Shown in pieces: positions 34,632-36,066 of a stretch of 36,066 nt of DNA. The notes under the pieces were generated by a model. That model ran no database searches. It saw only the letters and a list, made by a program, of their open reading frames with translations, and was not told the DNA's origin. Origin of the DNA: Slackia isoflavoniconvertens. Its GTDB lineage: Bacteria; Bacillota_I; Bacilli_A; RFN20; CAG-826. Where the stretch lies: the NCBI GenBank assembly GCA_963618895.1, contig CAVEUG010000003.1, positions 1 through 36,066 on the forward strand. Direction: 5' to 3'. The first letter of the stretch is position 1; each line of letters opens with the position of its first letter. The position numbers and the translations under genes were made by a program.

Positions 34632-35921
34632 ATGTATAACATTGGTCTTATTTCCTTAGGATGTGTAAAAAACACTGTAGATAGCGAATCTATTTTAGCT
34701 ATGCTTCCTCAAGAAGATTTTAATATTGTTACTGATTTAGAGAAAAGCGATTTAATTATTATAAATACTTGTGGATTTATTTTAGATGCAAAAATTGAAG
34801 CGATTAATGTAATTATTGAAGCTTTGAAATATAAAAAGAAAACAATTGTTTTAGGATGTCTTGTTGAACGTTATAAAAGTGATTTAGTCAAAGAATTTCC
34901 TGAAGTAGATGCTTTTGTTTCATTAAAAGAATATCCAAATCTTCAAGATATTATTAATAAAGTTCTTAATAGAGAAGTGGTGGATGAAGAATTTGATATT
35001 TTTAATAGAGTTTTATCAACTCCTTCATATTCAGCATATTTAAAAATATCTGAAGGTTGCGATAATTTTTGTGCATTTTGCTCAATTCCATTTATTAGAG
35101 GAAGATTTCATAGCTATGATTTTAATGAACTTATTTTGTATGCTAAAGATTTAGCTAAAAATGGTATTAAAGAACTTATAGTTATTTCTCAAGATACAGT
35201 TAGTTATGGAAAAGACTTAAAAGATGGATCCAATTTATATAAATTACTTAAGGAATTAGATAAGATTGAAGGGTTAGAATTTATTAGAGTTTTGTATACT
35301 TATCCAGAAGGTATAACGGATGAAATTTTAGAGCTTATATCGAAATCAAATAAGATCGTTCATTATTTTGATATACCTTTGCAACATTGTTCTACAAGGA
35401 TATTAAAGTTGATGAATAGACACGATACAAAAGAATCTATTTTGTCTTTATATGAAAAAATTAAAAGAATTGTTCCTGATGCAATTTTAAGAACAACTTT
35501 AATTGCTGGATTCCCAAGCGAAACAGATGAAGAAGCTAAAGAATTATTCGATTTCATCAAAGAAATTAAATTTAATCATCTTGGAGTATTTACATATTCT
35601 AAAGAAGAAGGAACTAAAGCGAGTTTACTTGGTAATCAAATAGATGATGAAATTAAAAATAAGAGAAAAGATGCTCTAATGAATGAACAAAAGAAAATTT
35701 CTTATGAATTAAATAAAGGATTAATTGGCAAGAAATTCAAAGCTATTGTAACCAAAATTTTAGGCAATAATGAATACGAAGTTAGGAGTCAATTTAATTC
35801 CCCAGATGATATAGATGGAAGCATTATTCTTCAATCAAAAAATAAGCATATGGAGGGTGAAATTCTTAATATAGAAATCACAAACGCATTTGTTTATGAT
35901 TTGCTTGCTAAAGAAGCCTAG
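34632..35921 (+). CDS. rimO: Ribosomal protein S12 methylthiotransferase RimO (radical SAM MTTase with TRAM domain)
   Basis: ISLGCVKNTVDSE N-terminus, radical-SAM CDNFCAFC, DIPLQHCSTRILKLMNR and GFPSETDEE motifs. Length is about 430 aa. Confidence 0.85.
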   Translation: MYNIGLISLGCVKNTVDSESILAMLPQEDFNIVTDLEKSDLIIINTCGFILDAKIEAINVIIEALKYKKKTIVLGCLVERYKSDLVKEFPEVDAFVSLKEYPNLQDIINKVLNREVVDEEFDIFNRVLSTPSYSAYLKISEGCDNFCAFCSIPFIRGRFHSYDFNELILYAKDLAKNGIKELIVISQDTVSYGKDLKDGSNLYKLLKELDKIEGLEFIRVLYTYPEGITDEILELISKSNKIVHYFDIPLQHCSTRILKLMNRHDTKESILSLYEKIKRIVPDAILRTTLIAGFPSETDEEAKELFDFIKEIKFNHLGVFTYSKEEGTKASLLGNQIDDEIKNKRKDALMNEQKKISYELNKGLIGKKFKAIVTKILGNNEYEVRSQFNSPDDIDGSIILQSKNKHMEGEILNIEITNAFVYDLLAKEA

Positions 35922-35939
35922 ATGCACGCTATAAAATTA

Positions 35940-35968
35940 TTGAAATATGTGTCAAGTTCATATACAAT
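35940..35968 (+). promoter_or_regulatory. Promoter of tRNA-Thr
   Basis: TTGAAA (35940-35945), 17-nt spacer, TACAAT (35963-35968). It lies 16 nt upstream of the tRNA. Confidence 0.55.
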
Positions 35969-35984
35969 AATAAGGCGTGATTAA

Positions 35985-36058
35985 GCCCCATTAGTTAATC
36001 GGTATAACGGATCCATGGTAAGGATCTATGCGTAGTTCGACTCTGCGATGGGGCACCA
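35985..36058 (+). tRNA. tRNA-Thr (anticodon GGU), CCA encoded
   Basis: GCCCCATTAGTTAATCGGTATAACGGATCCATGGTAAGGATCTATGCGTAGTTCGACTCTGCGATGGGGCACCA. Acceptor stem GCCCCAT/ATGGGGC, D stem GTTA/TAAC, anticodon stem GATCC/GGATC with loop ATGGTAA, T stem CGTAG/CTGCG with loop TTCGACT. Confidence 0.92.
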
Positions 36059-36066
36059 CAAATGAA

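Noticed and set aside
32575-35560. ORFs 32575-32781 (-), 33789-33986 (+) and 35363-35560 (-).
   Set aside because: They are embedded in alternate frames or antisense to typA, malQ and rimO respectively. These are shadow ORFs.
1-36066. Possibility of Mollicutes-type genetic code 4 (TGA = Trp), given the very AT-rich composition. Also the presence of CRISPR arrays, rRNA genes or IS elements.
   Set aside because: All large conserved proteins (RpoB, RpoC, EF-G, EF-Tu, TypA) are full length under code 11 with Trp encoded by TGG, and TGA terminates ogt and the micro-ORF. I noticed no repeat-spacer periodicity, rRNA-like sequence, transposase or terminal inverted repeats while reading the window.

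Overview
This is an AT-rich Bacillota-type chromosomal segment that uses the standard genetic code. Every long conserved ORF is intact with TGG for Trp, and TGA is used as a stop.

The first ~15 kb holds the conserved transcription/translation supercluster: rplK-rplA, an L10-leader-like region, rplJ-rplL, an attenuator hairpin, a ybxB-like methyltransferase, rpoB-rpoC, a terminator, a promoter, then rpsL-rpsG-fusA-tuf and a terminator. Two departures from the Bacillus-type order stand out. No L7Ae (ybxF/rplGB) gene lies in the 360-bp rpoC-rpsL spacer, and no S10 operon follows tuf.

The remaining ~20 kb is mostly housekeeping:
- rdgB, ogt and tRNA-Gly(UCC)
- a minus-strand trxA-TraX-CPBP protease operon
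- yigZ, mrp, pepP, an acidic tandem zinc-ribbon protein, a HAD hydrolase and cardiolipin synthase
- a MacB-type ABC ATPase with a double-FtsX permease
- typA, malQ, rimO and tRNA-Thr(GGU)

The one clearly accessory-looking element is a ~1.6-kb module at 17.7-19.3 kb, wedged between ogt and the 3' end of tRNA-Gly. It contains a 28-codon SD-preceded micro-ORF whose stop overlaps (ATGA) the start of a HigB-like toxin gene. That gene overlaps a 360-aa HigA-type HTH fused to an ImmA/IrrE HExxH metallopeptidase. A perfect 7-3-7 palindrome sits between -35/-10-like hexamers just upstream of the toxin gene. I rate this the best candidate for a signal-responsive toxin-antitoxin or defence system (RosmerTA-like architecture).

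Other observations include several SD-less genes with a -10-like hexamer 6-9 nt upstream of the ATG (candidate leaderless mRNAs), and recurrent N-terminal zinc ribbons on unrelated proteins. No CRISPR array, transposase, integrase or rRNA was seen. All calls come from reading the sequence and from motif recognition by memory. No database searches were run.
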